Source: Psammoneis japonica
Taxonomy: Eukaryota
Direction of reading: 5' to 3'
NCBI GenBank assembly: GCA_008632985.1
Contig: QPGO01000036.1
Span: forward strand, 520,182 to 584,181
Length of the DNA: 64,000 nt
The position numbers and the translations under genes were made by a program. Of this stretch, positions 23,797-36,475 are shown piece after piece. The notes under the pieces are model-generated. The model saw nothing but the letters and a program-made list of their open reading frames with translations, made no database searches and was not told where the DNA came from. Numbering within the stretch: position 1 is the first letter of the stretch; the number at the start of each line of letters is the position of its first letter.

Positions 23797-24870
23797 TACG
23801 TAAATCTGAATTTCTCTGTCGACGGTCGGACGTCGGAGGGAGAAAATCGAATGCGAAAATCGAAAATCGAAAATTTCAGGAAGTCTTGGTGTTCTGTTGC
23901 TGGGCAGGGCCCATTGCTGTCGAAGAATCAACAACATCGCTTTTAGAATAAAGGTTATCACTTGTTTATAGGCCTATATAAAGGAAAGGAAGCAACAATG
24001 AAGGAGCACGAGCTTGAAGTTGGTTCTTTAAATCGTGTTGTCGCTTCTAAAAAAGTGAGAAAAGACGCCGCCGACTGCCGACTGACTGGTCAAGCCACCA
24101 TTGCAACCGTTGAATAGGCAGAGGATGAAACAACCTGCTGTGTCTTGATGCACGATTCAGCACCTCGACTATTCTTAGAGAGCCAGCCAGCAGTCGTCCT
24201 TTATAATCTTTCCAAAGTCCGAGTCGCGGCGAGATGATAAAGAAGAAGAAAAAACATTTTCGAGTCAGGAGTTACTTTTGTTGCTGGAGTTTGAGGACCC
24301 AATTAAAAGTATCATCATCAGACTCATACTATACGTCCAAAGAAATAGGCGACTCCTTGTTCCAGCTGGGTGATGCTATCACGGCTCCGTCTTGTTGGTA
24401 CGAAGTTGCTCTGGCAACATCCAGTGACTTGACTGTCGGCAGTGTCGCTGCAGCAAAGTTGGCGCCACACAAGAGCATTCAGATTTACGAAGTCGAGGGG
24501 AACCTGTGGATGCGATTTCGTGTCAAACCAATGAAGAAGTAACTACACCAAAATAACAAGTACTTCTGAGTTTGCTAGTTGACAAGGACAACATCCAAGA
24601 ACGAATCTTTCTGTATCTGTCACGGTGCATGATGCAACTAGCTGGACTGCCCGACAACTCTGCACAGAACAATCCCTTTGAATTCCGCAAGGTGGCTGCC
24701 TGGGCTTGTATGTTTTTATTGGAAATGTTGACGTACAAGAAACAAGAGCACGAAACATCGCCGTACACACTGCAAGAAACCGCACTCCAGTTCCGAGCCA
24801 AGGTATTGGCTGAATTGCGGAAATGGAAATTGGCCCGTGATTCGAATCGACGGTTACTTGCGTTGCACCC
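23797..24870 (+). repeat. ~1-kb dispersed direct duplication, copy 2
   Basis: Colinear with 18963-20015. Confidence 0.9.
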
Positions 24871-25468
24871 CAACCATAGAGAGGGTCTTCAGGTTGAACG
24901 AAAAATAAACAATGTCCAAGCACTGCAGCTTAAATCCAACAAGAAACTCGCAGAGAAGCGATACCAACAGGCACAATGATGAAATGCGTGGTGAGTCGAC
25001 TCAGCTGCAAAGGAATCCTTTACCAAAGAGCAAGCCCAACTCAAAACACAGCGACCTGAGCGAAACAACAGCAACGACAACAAGTTCTGCTACTCACAAC
25101 GGACTGTTTGTTGATTTCCTTGGATTCTTGTGCTTTCTTGCACGAATGTCCTTCTGTCTTCAGCGGCACCTTTCTCTTGGCTCTGCACAAGAGCGTTGAG
25201 AAGAGATTTTTAGCTATTGTTGGTTGTACAAGTCAAACTGCTGCAGCTACCGGGTGATATCATCATGTTCGACTTGTTTCAAAAGAGTTTCTTCGCTACA
25301 AATTACCCTTGAGTTTCTAATGCGGAAGTTGCATGCCATTTCAGTCTTTCTGCCGACAAGGATATCTATTGTCTCAAACTTTCACCAAAGAGTCTGCATC
25401 TCCAAACAAAGATTGCGTAGCGCGGAGTGTTGGGGGGTGTCCTTGAGCAGTTCCAACAACAAACGCGC

Positions 25469-26205
25469 TATCTCCCATTATTCGCTCATGCTTCGAAAGT
25501 CTATTTCTCTCACACTAGAGAAGCCGAGAATGTATTGTTGTAATTGCACGCATTTAGACACACTGCGACTATTCCCCACGGCTATTCCCCATTAGTCGCT
25601 TATATTTCGAAAGTCTATATCTCTCACACTAATTATAAAGTGTGGCAGAGAATGTATTGCTATAATTGCAAGCATTTAGACACACTGTAACTATCTCCCA
25701 CCAGTGGCTTATGTTTCGAAAGTCTATATCTCTCACGCTAGCTACCCGTAGAGTCGCCGAGAATGCATTGTCAATTGCAAGCCTTTAGACACACCATGAC
25801 TATCTCCCATTAGTCGCTCATGTCTCGAAAGTCTATTTCTCTCACACTAGTTAGAGTAGCCGAGAATGTATTGTCTCACACTAGTTAGAGCAGCCGAGAA
25901 TGTATTGTTAATTGCAAGCATTTAGATACACTACAACTATCTCCCATGTTTCGAAAGTTCATTTCTCTCACACTAATTAAAGTAGCCGAGAATGTATTGT
26001 TGATTGCAAGGACACACTACGACTATCTCCCATTAGGAACCGCTAGGGCTAGTTGCTTATGTTTCGAAAGTCTATGTCTCTCACACTAGTTACTCGTATA
26101 GAGTTCTCTCACACTAGTTGGATTAGCCGAGAATGTATCTTGAATTGCACGCATTCACACATACTACAGCATGGCTATCTCCCATTAGTCGCTCATGTTT
26201 CGAAA
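25469..26205. repeat. Degenerate tandem repeat, ~110-120-bp unit, ~6 copies
   Basis: Recurring TATCTCCCATTAGTCGCT..TGTTTCGAAAGTCTAT.TCTCTCACACTAG..GCCGAGAATGTATTG..AATTGCAAGCATTTAGACACAC. Confidence 0.9.
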
Positions 26206-26323
26206 GTACCGTACTGTAGCAATCATGCGATGCCGCCATACTCTGAACATACAACATGTACTTCTACGCGGTTGAGTGTCGTTCAACTACAAAATGCCTA
26301 ATACAAACAGCCGTGACGCTGCG

Positions 26324-26873
26324 TTAGTCCTCTCCAAAGTCATTGACGTTTCTCGCCGTCACCCGCGTTTCGCCTTGTGCTGATGAACCCATTTGATAAA
26401 TGTACATGCCGGCTGTCATTGAACCGGTATAAACCGCCGAACTTCCCAAAGTCGTACTTCTAATAATGTTTACGCTTCCAAAGCCATCGACTTGCTCTCC
26501 GTATAAATAGTTTTCCTGCAAGCGATGTTGAAGAACAAAGAATTAGCACAGCATAACAGAAATCGCAGAAGCGCCAAGCTCGCAAAAGTACCGCATTTAT
26601 TGCATAGAACACAATTCATACCCTTGCTGATTTGACGTCGAACGAGATAGGGGGTTGCCCTGATTTGGGTGGCGGAATATAGGCGACCGATCTGACGCTG
26701 GAGAAAGGAGGTATTGTATTCTCCTTGTCATCGTATGTTACAGTGACGGGAACTGTGACTCCGCTAGCCTGATAATCGACTCCGTCTTCCTGCTGCGCTG
26801 TAATCGTCATCTTGATGGCAGATGCCATGCTCACCGTCAATGCAAGAGTCAATATAGAAGCAACGAGGCGCAT
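26324..26873 (-). CDS. Small secreted hypothetical protein (exons 26873-26622, 26515-26324; 147 aa)
   Basis: Signal peptide MRLVASILTLALTVSMASA. An in-frame GT..AG intron joins two ORFs. Confidence 0.7.
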
Positions 26874-27458
26874 ATTTCTATAGTTCTAAGGCGGTACAAA
26901 GTGAGGTTGCTGGTTATTGCCACTGTAGAGTGAAGACGGCTTCCCTGACTATTGAATTGTTCTCTCTGCGCTTCTCGTGTCGTGTGTCGTGTTTTGTGAT
27001 CGTGATACGTGCGATCGATCACTGGCTGATCGATCGCGTGCAACGCTCGCGAGCCACCTGATCATCAGACACGAACTGAAGCCAATGCAAAACCCCCTTG
27101 GAGGACCATGCACCTCAAGGGCAGTTCCTAAAGCTACTTAGAGACGAAATCCTAACTCGAAATGAAATGCGCGCCATATGACGTAGATTATTCTCCTTTT
27201 TGGAACCGCCTACTGTACGGTGTTGTTTGGGTCTATGATGTCGACTGTACCAATGGAATCTCTGCTCTATTGTAGGTCTATCAAAAGCATCAACATTTTG
27301 CTGTGACTACCTTGCACTGGAAAAGTCACATCACCTTTACGAGTGCGCCAGAAAAATGATTAGTTCGTGAGTACCACCAAGCTGAAAGCAATGTCAGCTA
27401 GTAATAATAATGTAAACAGCTATATTGTAGGATCAAGGCAATGAATGCCTCGACTTTT

Positions 27459-28882
27459 CTATGATTCTTTCTTCAGATCCTTGCTTCTAGGGACATCCTC
27501 AAGCGACTTGTAATACTGAATGCCTTTGGTATCGTCAACGTAGTGGCATGTACGAGCAATCCTCCACATGGCAATGTACCACGGTGTTGGATCGTAATTG
27601 TACAATCCCTTGGGTTCCAAAAATGCCTTGATGTGTGCGGTTGCCTCCTTGGCATGGTACGCAGGCATTTCATGGAACAAGTGGTGAGCAACATGAGTGG
27701 AGCCAATTCTGTGATGGAAAAAGTCAAAGATTCCATAGGGACGGTCAATGGTGCTGAGCGCGCCCTTGACCCACGTCCACTCTTCGGCACCATACTGCGG
27801 GACTGAGGGGTCCGTGTGCTGCAGCCAAGTGTACAAGACCAGCCATGCATTGACTACCATGTAGGGAAAGCCGTACCAGAGAAGCACAGGGAGAGTACCG
27901 TATTCGAAACAAAGGTATCCGAGGAAACCGAGCGTTGCAAAGAGTGTGGCGGTGGAGAAGAAAATCTTGGCACGAATCTTGGGTGGGAACATGGGTGATC
28001 CGGGACGAAAGTGATCCGCAATGCCCTCCAACTCTTCTCCGTTGTATGCAAGTCGCCCGGTCGACGCCAACCCCATGAGGTACAGTGGCCATCCAATCAC
28101 CAAGTGAGTAAAGATCTGAAAGATAGCAAAGGCACCATCTCCCATGGCCTCGTGCCAAGCAGCATAAAAGGAAAGACGCTCTCCGTGTTCACTAAGGCCG
28201 TTCTCAACTCCTGTCGAGGGCACGTGTGATTCGCCATCAGTCAAATGGTTGGTACGACGGTGATGTTTCGCGTGCGTGTATTGCCACGCAAAGTACGGGA
28301 CCAAGAGAGCTTGGTGCAGAATGAATCCGACAATGTCATTGAATGTCTGAGAGGAAGAGAAAGCCTTTGAAATTCAAAAAGAAGGAAAGCGAGAGAAAAA
28401 GAGAAACGATAACACGAAGGTGTTAGTTGTTCGTTTTTCAATACAAACGAGATTAGGAAAAATCACAAGTCTCGCTGCTGCACTCCTCGCTTAGTCTTTC
28501 TGTTTGTTGTACTTACCCCATGTCCACATTCGTGGCCAAGTACCCAAGGACCGGTGAGAACAGTGCCCATCCAAAAGGCATAAAAGGACCAACCGGAAAC
28601 CCACTTGAGAATCTCGAGCGGCTCTTCCACTGAAGGCACGTCGGTCGACAGTACAAGAGATGTCCCGTAAGCAAGTGCTGCCGTCATTGACAAATCACGA
28701 ACCACGTACATCATGGATGTCACCGCCGACCGGTTAAAGCAGTGCTTGGGAATCACAGCCTTGATCTCTCCCTTGGTGGGAAGCTCTGGAGCATTAGGAT
28801 CCAATGGCTTGTATTGACTCTGCCACACGCCACTGTCGACTTGCTGTGACTTGCTATTGATTGTACGTCCACCCTTTCCCAT
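27459..28882 (-). CDS. FAD2: Delta-12 (omega-6) fatty acid desaturase (exons 28882-28517, 28364-27459)
   Basis: MGKGG start, His boxes HECGH, HAKHH and HVAHH, TWLQHTDP, phase-0 intron. Confidence 0.95.
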
Positions 28883-29261
28883 CTTTCAATACTTTTTTAT
28901 CCAAGATACTGTTGTTTCTTCTTCTCAAAAGAAAAAATGAATGCGTGGTAGAGCGGAAGCTGTCTTCGTCCTTGTTGGCGTCTGTTGCAAGGATTCAATT
29001 TTGTGAGTGGCTTGTTTGCCACGTCGGCAGTTGCGTTGTGGTACAAAACTACGTAGAATTCTACGGAGGTAGGTGGCGGAAGTTCGCGTTTTGTGTCGTG
29101 TTTTTCATGCCGACACGCACACGCGATTTTCGGTTCGTCATCGCATCATACGATGGACTGACGGGCAGACTAAACCGCCTGTCCATTCACCCGGCCATCG
29201 TCTTTGCGTCAGCAAAAAATTCAGTGCAAAAAACAAGGACGAAGGCCAAAGCAAAATCACC

Positions 29262-30133
29262 ATGGCGTCGTCGTGTTTGTTCCGATTGGCCGGGAGATCT
29301 CTCGTCACTCCGTCTGTGTCATCTCGAGTACCAGCTAGCTTTACTGCATGTCGTTTTTTCTCTTCTGATTCTCATGACGATTTTGCTCCAAAGCGAAAAC
29401 AAGTCGACGACGAAGGGGAAGCACTTCGCCTCATCAAGGTACTTCTATGTTAGACCTAAAGGGTGCTATCATGGATGCACCTGTTGATAGTCTTCCCGTG
29501 CTTTTCGCTTTCTCACCTTGACCATCATTTGATTTCTTGCTTGTTGCTCATAGGAACACGTTGAATCCAATCACGTTTTGCTCTACATGAAGGGAAATCC
29601 GTCCATGGTGAGGCTATATGAGGCTTTTTTTTTCACGTTCTTTTCGTGTTGTAGTTTTCCGCACCTGTTGCTACTTCTGATGCACTGTACTGCTACAGTA
29701 CACGAGAAGAAGTTTGTTGCTATTTCTTACGTCTCCTCTTGCCACATTTTTTGTTTTTCTTAAAATGCACAGCCAATGTGTGGGTTTTCGGCGCGTGTGG
29801 TTGATGTGCTTCAGAAAGAGGGAGTTGATTTTGGTAGCATCAATGTCTTGGACTACCCTGCGATTCGAGAGGGAGTCAAGAAATATTCGTGAGTGCAGTA
29901 TCGTTGATTCTATCTTTTGCTGTTACTTGCGCATTTGTAAACATAGCTAACAACACTCAATCAATTCTCCTTCGTACTCTTGCGGTCCACAATTTCTTCG
30001 CCGTCACGCCCAACGTAGTGATTGGCCGACCATTCCTCAACTCTACGTCAATGGCGAGTTTATTGGAGGCTGTGACATTGTGACCGGTATGCATGAAAGC
30101 GGAGAACTCTCGGAGGTGTTAAAGAAGGATTGA
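29262..30133 (+). CDS. Monothiol CGFS glutaredoxin, Grx5-like, probably mitochondrial (exons 29262-29438, 29554-29607, 29773-29888, 30019-30133)
   Basis: LYMKG.P..PMCGFS and [21 protein letters not shown] assembled over GT-AG introns. Arg/Ser-rich presequence. Confidence 0.92.
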
Positions 30134-30999
30134 GAAAGATATCTTGGTAATAGATGTAGATTTCTGGAGATGTGTACCTACCATAGTATTTTGATTGGAA
30201 TAGTGAGACGGTATTGACAATTCTTAATTCGCAGATTATTCTTTTTCTGTTGTCTATCAGTCCCACACATGGTGTTTTCGTTTATGCCGTCTAATTTCGT
30301 CCAAAAAGTCTACACCATACCTGTTACGGAGTCGTTACTGTGGCTACAAGTGGAACCGCAAACAATCTTCCACTTCCTTGAGTTGCTATCGGTAGTCTAA
30401 TGTAGGTAGAGTAGTTGGACTGTGTGGCATGCTGTTTCAAAATAATCAAGTCACGACAACAGCAGTGCCTGCATTCCGAGCCTTGGATCGGTGTCACCAT
30501 TTCTTTGGGACTCGTGTTGGAGAACAGATCGGCTGGAAAGAACTAGGATGCCCGTTCAAAGAGACCTGATGCTCAGCCTTTTTGAGGTACTCCTACGCAA
30601 ACTTTACAGCAGCTGCCTCTCCTCTCTCTACGGTACTAGAGAGAGAGTAGACAACGGACAGAACAGGATGCAACGCGACGAACCGTGCCGCGTGCCGTGT
30701 AGGCCCTTGTGTGCGAAGCACAAGGACCTCCAACTTTTTAAAATTACGCTTCAGAGTGTGAATCTTCTTTTGAAGCTACTTTGAATTACAGTGAATCCTT
30801 CCACAAGCTACACACGTGTCCCCTTTCATCATAGGAAACCAACAAAGAACCCCGCCATAACAGACGCCCTGACATTCTCGACTGCTGGTGGCTCGCCCGT
30901 CCGTGGCACTCGCACCAACGATGTCACTTTCACCCCCGCTATTTCAAGAAAACAACCCCCGAAATAGCCCATCAGTTGCTTACGATGAGGTTTCAATGT

Positions 31000-32254
31000 C
31001 TATTGATCCTCATCGAAAGAATCTACCACCTCAACACCCTCCTCCAACTTCTTCTCTGCCTTCTTATATTTCCAATGTGAGCTTCGTAATGCTGCCTCCT
31101 TGCTTTCCTTTTCCTGGCGCTTTGCATAATACTGCTTCCGTTCGTACTCTTTCACAACCGCATCATCCTCTTCTGTGGCATCACCGCTGAAAGCAACGTA
31201 CAAGCATAAATCAAGTCAGCATCGAACGCATAAACCAAAGAAATCATAAGAGAGTACTCCGGTTTGAAGTACTTACAAGACGAGTCCAACTCCACAACAA
31301 TGCAAAAGACTAGGTGTATCTTCGCCGACGGCGAGACTCTTTTTTGCTTTGCGCCTGCGTTTTCGATTTCTCATTTGGGCCGTGCTCTTTCCTTCGCGTT
31401 CGAGCTCATCCATTACCTTGTTGCGTCGATATATCGACTGAACCTTGACGGCAGCAGCAGTTTCCTAAAAACACGACATGAAAGAAAACGAAATGAGTTC
31501 GGCCCTAATCCGAAGTGCGCGTTCATTCAAAGGCGCACGCAATTCTAAATTTGAAAAAAGGGGACAAGGGCCTTGATGCGTTTTGGCGGGAAATGGAGAA
31601 ATTTGGCGACGAACATTATATAACAAATGAAAATTTGGATACATAGGGCGACAGTTTTCCGTTCAACGTCCTTGAAGAAATACAATGGCCATCATGATCA
31701 CAAATCGCGATAGTCAATCGAAACCGTTAAATCAACGCACGCAATCACGGTACAAACCAAGACTCCGACTGCCGACTGGTCCGAGAGATGAGGCCGCCAT
31801 GGCCAAGAAGACGACCCTCAGCGGCGCCAAGCAAGGTCTATCGCGGCATCAATTTGAATACTAGTACAATCTGCTCCAATACGTTGCAAAATGAACTTAC
31901 AATATCGATCCAATCATAACGAGGAGGCCCAGCAAATGCCGAATCACGGGCTTTGGGATGGTGGTGAGGCGACGAGGGATCGCGGTGTCCTTTTCTTGCT
32001 TCATTTGGCATTTGAACGTCTGAAGGCTGCACGCCATTTGTATTGAAGGAAGTCACAACAAGGCGTCCATCCTTTGTAAAGTGTTTTTTGGAAGATGGCT
32101 CCGACGATGTTGTTGAGACTGGACTTGGTGTGTCACGTCCTTGTTTCTCCTCGCCTTTTTTGTTCTTTCGGAATCTTGAGAAGACTCCCTTTTTTCGTTG
32201 CTTTGTAGTCTCCACATCTTTGGTGGAGCTCTGGGTTTCGATATCTACTACCAT
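31000..32254 (-). CDS. Hypothetical protein with an IQ-like motif (exons 32254-31901, 31464-31277, 31186-31000; 242 aa)
   Basis: Splices in frame: ..PPRYDWIDI|ETAAAVKVQSIYRRNKVMDELE..VF|GDATEEDD... Both donors are GTAAGT. Confidence 0.75.
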
Positions 32255-32499
32255 GGTCGTCTCGCTGTTGTTGATTGATTGTGTTCTCGTTTCACATTCC
32301 GGTCGGTACATACATACTACAATAATTTGCCTATGATACTCTGCTGCTCTCTCGGCTCCGCACGCTCAACCGCTCAACGCACTGACTGTTCGGGATGGCG
32401 ATTTAATCTGTATTCATACCTATATAATATGATAATTTTTACAAGTGTCACCGAAAAACTCAAACCGACATCGCAGGACGGGTGCATGGGGATGATCAC

Positions 32500-34135
32500 G
32501 TGTTCATGCCACAGGAGAAAAGCAGAAAGAGCACCAGCATCTTTGGCTGTTTGTCACCAAAGTTCTCTTTGAGGGCATTGAAGATCCCAAGGGGAAGCCA
32601 GGGAACACTGAGAACAGTGGTTGAGAGTTGTGAGACTTGCCCAGTGCAGCTGCGCCAGACAAAGCCACCAGCGAAAGACCACCCTGACCCAACCAACCAG
32701 CTGCAGGCTGAGGGCATTGAAGGTCTCCAGCAGAACCCAACAAACACTTTGAGAAGGGGGGGGGGGGGGGGTGTTGAAGGGGTCATCTGGTGCACTTGCA
32801 TCCCCCAGTCACTTGGTCCACGCCATGAAGAGAGCTGAAGCCCCGAACTCCACAGTGAAAGAACACCCTGATGCAGCCACCCATCCAAACAACTGCATGC
32901 TGAGAGCAATGAAGTTCTTCAGAGGCACCCAATGAACATTTTGAGAAGGGTGGTGGAGCAATGCAAGGCCCATCTGGTGCATTTGCAGCCACCTGGCCCT
33001 CAATGCATGTCACAGTTTGAGCAGAAAAACTCCTGATTCCTCACAGAAAGAACACCCTGATGCAAACAATCAACATGACAACTGCATGCTGAGGGCATTG
33101 AAGGTCTTCAAAGGGCCCAGAAAACACTTTGAGAACAGTGGTGGAAGGTTGCAAGGCCCATCTGGTGCATTTGCAGCAACCAGTTGCTGAATGCATGCCA
33201 GAGTGAGAGGAGCAGAAAAGCCCCTGCTTTCTCAGAGAAAGAACATCCCAATGAAACCAACCCACCCAACAACTGCAGGATCATGGCATTGAAGGTCTCC
33301 AGTGGAACCCAGGGAACACTTTGAGAACAGCGGTGGAGTGTTGAAGGGCTCATCTTGTGCAGGTGCACCCCCGTCCAGTTGCTTGCTCCATTGCATGGTG
33401 AGAGCAGAAACTCCCACATCCACAGTGAAAGAACACCCAGGTGCAACCAACCAACCCAACAATTGCATGCAGAGGGCATTGAAGTTCTTCAAAAAAGTCA
33501 GGGAACACTTTGAGAATGGTGGTGGAGTGTTGCAAGGCCCGCCTGGTGCAATTGCAGCCACCAGTCACTCAATCCATGACATGATGGTGAGAGAGCGGAA
33601 GCCAATCCACAGTGAAAGAACACCCCCTGATGCAAACAAACAACCCAACAACTGCATGCTGAGGGCATTGAAGGTCTCAAGCAAAACCCAGGGAACACTT
33701 GGAGAACAGTGGTGGAGTGTTGCAAGGCTCATCTGGTGCATTTGCAGCCACCAGTCACTGAGTGCATGCCAGAGTGAGAGCAGAAAAGCTCCTGACTTCT
33801 CAGCGAAAGATCATCCACATGAAACCAACCATCCTGACAGCTCTGCATGCTGAGGGCACTGAAGGTCTTCAAAGGAACCCAGGAAATGCTTTGACAATGG
33901 CGATTGAGTTTTGCAAGAAGGCTCATCTGGCACAGTTGCAGTCACCTGTCACTTGGTCCATGACATGGTGTGAGCAGAAACTTGCCCCAAATCATCTGCA
34001 GTGAAAGAACACCCAGATGCAACCAACCAACCCATCAATTGCATGCTGAGGGCATTGAAGTTCTTCTGCCCAATCCAGGAAACACTTTGAGAATGGCGGT
34101 GGAGTGTTGCAAGGCTCATCTGGTGCATTTGCAGC
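32500..34135. repeat. ~190-bp satellite array, left part
   Basis: GGCATTGAAG..CCCAGGGAACACTTTGAGAA..CATCTGGTGCA..GAAAGAACACCC recurs every ~190 bp. Confidence 0.92.
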
Positions 34136-34512
34136 AGAGTGTTCTTGCCGACCCGTGCGGGACCCTTTTTTCCGGGTCTCTTTTTGCATGACGTCATCGT
34201 GCGAATACAACAGCGCCACCTGACGTCACCGCACCTGTGAGTCGCCATGAGAACCCACAGAAAACGCCATGTCTTACAGCTGCAGGGGGGAAACATAACC
34301 TGCTGTGTCTGTGAGCAGAATGATTTCCGCTCGCACAAATTCTACATGATTTCCCCGTGCACCGTCGCTTGCGGGTCGAATCAGAACTCCGAAGAAATGA
34401 TGTGTGAGAAGCAAATCCCGTGACACCTCTCTTGCGACAAAAAACACACATCAATGCATTCTCACGACACTCCAGTCACAACAAGTCATGGCATCCATGC
34501 AACACATCTGTC

Positions 34513-35571
34513 ATGCCTGGCGGACAGCCACAGAGTCATGAGTTGTCATGGGCATTGAAAGAGTTGAAAAAGAAGGAGAGATCTGGCGGCTCCGGTGGCG
34601 CTGACGGGGAAAAAAACACAAGCGGTGCTGGTGGCATTTCTGCGCTCGATGTTGACAGGCCAGCCCCGCATTTGACCATGGATGGAAAAGAATCAACTCT
34701 TGTGGAAATGACAAATCTCCCAATCGATCTTACGGAGGATGAAAAAGTTGACATCATCAACAAGGAGAAGGGAGTCACGAAAAAGCCGAAGCTTCCAAAC
34801 TTGCTGGCTCCTGAGAACAAGGCCTTGTTGCATGATCTGCTGCAAATCATGCAAGCAGCAAAGGCAAATCGGCATGTCAAGCACACATCCAAAAATGCAA
34901 CCACATCTTCAATCTGGCAGCCAATCATGGACGAGTTCTGTGACCCACCTGACGGCCCTGCACGTGGCTGCGCCAAGCCAGATGGTGAGCATGCGGCGCG
35001 CACCTTCAAAGAAAAGTGCTGGAGCATCATGAAATCATTGGCGAATTTTGCCAAACAGAAGAAGGAAGAGGATTGCTCCCCGTGTGAGGTGTCTGCATTG
35101 TTCATGTGGAACGAGCAGCAGGAACTGGTCAACAAAGACAAAGAGACCAAGTCGGAAGCAATGGCCTTGCAGAAGGAGAGGGCAGCTGCAAATGCTTCAT
35201 GTGAAGCAAAACTAAAGCTTGAGCCCCCACCTCCATTCACAAAGAAGCGCCCAGTCCCAAGTGTGGCTGTCAATCCATCTGAGAGGCCTGATGGAAAAGT
35301 GCCGGGGGAGCCGAGGTCAAAGGACCGTGTGCTGGATTTGGAAAAAACTCAAGACAAGGCAGACGAAGTCTTGAGCGGCATCAAAGCTTTTTTGCCATCC
35401 AAGGAAGAGATTGGAGAACTCAACAAGCGCAAGAAGAGGAAGCTTCAGCTTGATGCAATGGCGTCTGTGGCAACAATGACCATGCAGGGCAGGGATGCGG
35501 GTCTCGACGTTTCAAGGTTTGAAAAGCATTTCAAGCACCTGCAAGACGAGTTCTTCGAAGACCAAGCTTGA
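34513..35571 (+). CDS. Transposon accessory (probable DNA-binding) protein, hypermutated
   Basis: Long charged ORF inside the TIRs, convergent with the transposase as in two-gene Harbinger elements. It contains no Tyr. Confidence 0.6.
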   Translation: MPGGQPQSHELSWALKELKKKERSGGSGGADGEKNTSGAGGISALDVDRPAPHLTMDGKESTLVEMTNLPIDLTEDEKVDIINKEKGVTKKPKLPNLLAPENKALLHDLLQIMQAAKANRHVKHTSKNATTSSIWQPIMDEFCDPPDGPARGCAKPDGEHAARTFKEKCWSIMKSLANFAKQKKEEDCSPCEVSALFMWNEQQELVNKDKETKSEAMALQKERAAANASCEAKLKLEPPPPFTKKRPVPSVAVNPSERPDGKVPGEPRSKDRVLDLEKTQDKADEVLSGIKAFLPSKEEIGELNKRKKRKLQLDAMASVATMTMQGRDAGLDVSRFEKHFKHLQDEFFEDQA

Positions 35572-35683
35572 AAGAGATGAGGCTTTGCTTGGCATAAATT
35601 AGGATGCATGTTGCATGTCGCCACAACAACTTCAGAGCCATTTAGAAAAAAATCCATGGCCTCTCACAGTGCATGCCAAGCAT

Positions 35684-36410
35684 GACGACCCCGCAAAGTT
35701 GCGCGCCAAATTCCCAGTGCGTTAAAATGAGCTAGGCGTTGCTCCAGAAGCAATGGGAATTTTGCAACAATGAACAGTGTTAACGTCATCTAAAGAACGA
35801 GAGCTTTCTAAATGGTGTCTTTTTTATTTCTGCACCCCTGTCAGATCCGAATCGGCGTCGAGATGTCCAGACGACCCCGCAGTTGCGCGCCAAAATCCTG
35901 GCACGTTTTGCTTAAATGGGCGTTGCTTTAGAAGCACTTAGAATTATGGGACAATCAATGGCAGCAACATCATCTACAGAACAAGAGCTTTCTAATGGTG
36001 TCTTTTTTATTTCTGTGCCCCTGTCAGATCCGAATCAGCGTTGAGACATCCAGACGACCCCGCAGTTGTGCGCCAAAATCCTGGTGCGTTTTGCTTAAAC
36101 ATGCATGGCTTTAGAAGTGCTCAGAATTATGGGACAATCAATGGCAGTGACATCATCTACAGAACGAGAGCTTTCTAATGGTGTCTTTTTTATTTCTACA
36201 CCCCTGTCAGATCCGAATCAGCGTTGAGATGTCCAGACGACCCCGCAGTTGCTCGCCAAAATCCTGGTGCGTTTTGCTGAAATGGGCGTGGCTTTAGAAG
36301 TGCTTAGAATTATGGGACAATCAATGGCAGTGACATTTTCTACAGAACAAGAGCTTTCTAATGGTGTCTTTTTTATTTCTGTGCCCCAATCAGATCCGAA
36401 TCGGCGTCGT
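35684..36410. repeat. Internal ~183-bp tandem repeat x4 between the transposon ORFs
   Basis: GACGACCCCGCAGTT..GCCAAAATCCTGG..GAGCTTTCTAATGGTGTCTTTTTTATTTC..TCAGATCCGAATC at ~35684, 35870, 36053 and 36236. Confidence 0.92.
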
Positions 36411-36475
36411 TCAGGAAATAGAAGCGCCAAGAGTTTCGCAACAATGTGTGACATGAAGACAAAAGAAGCTGCATT

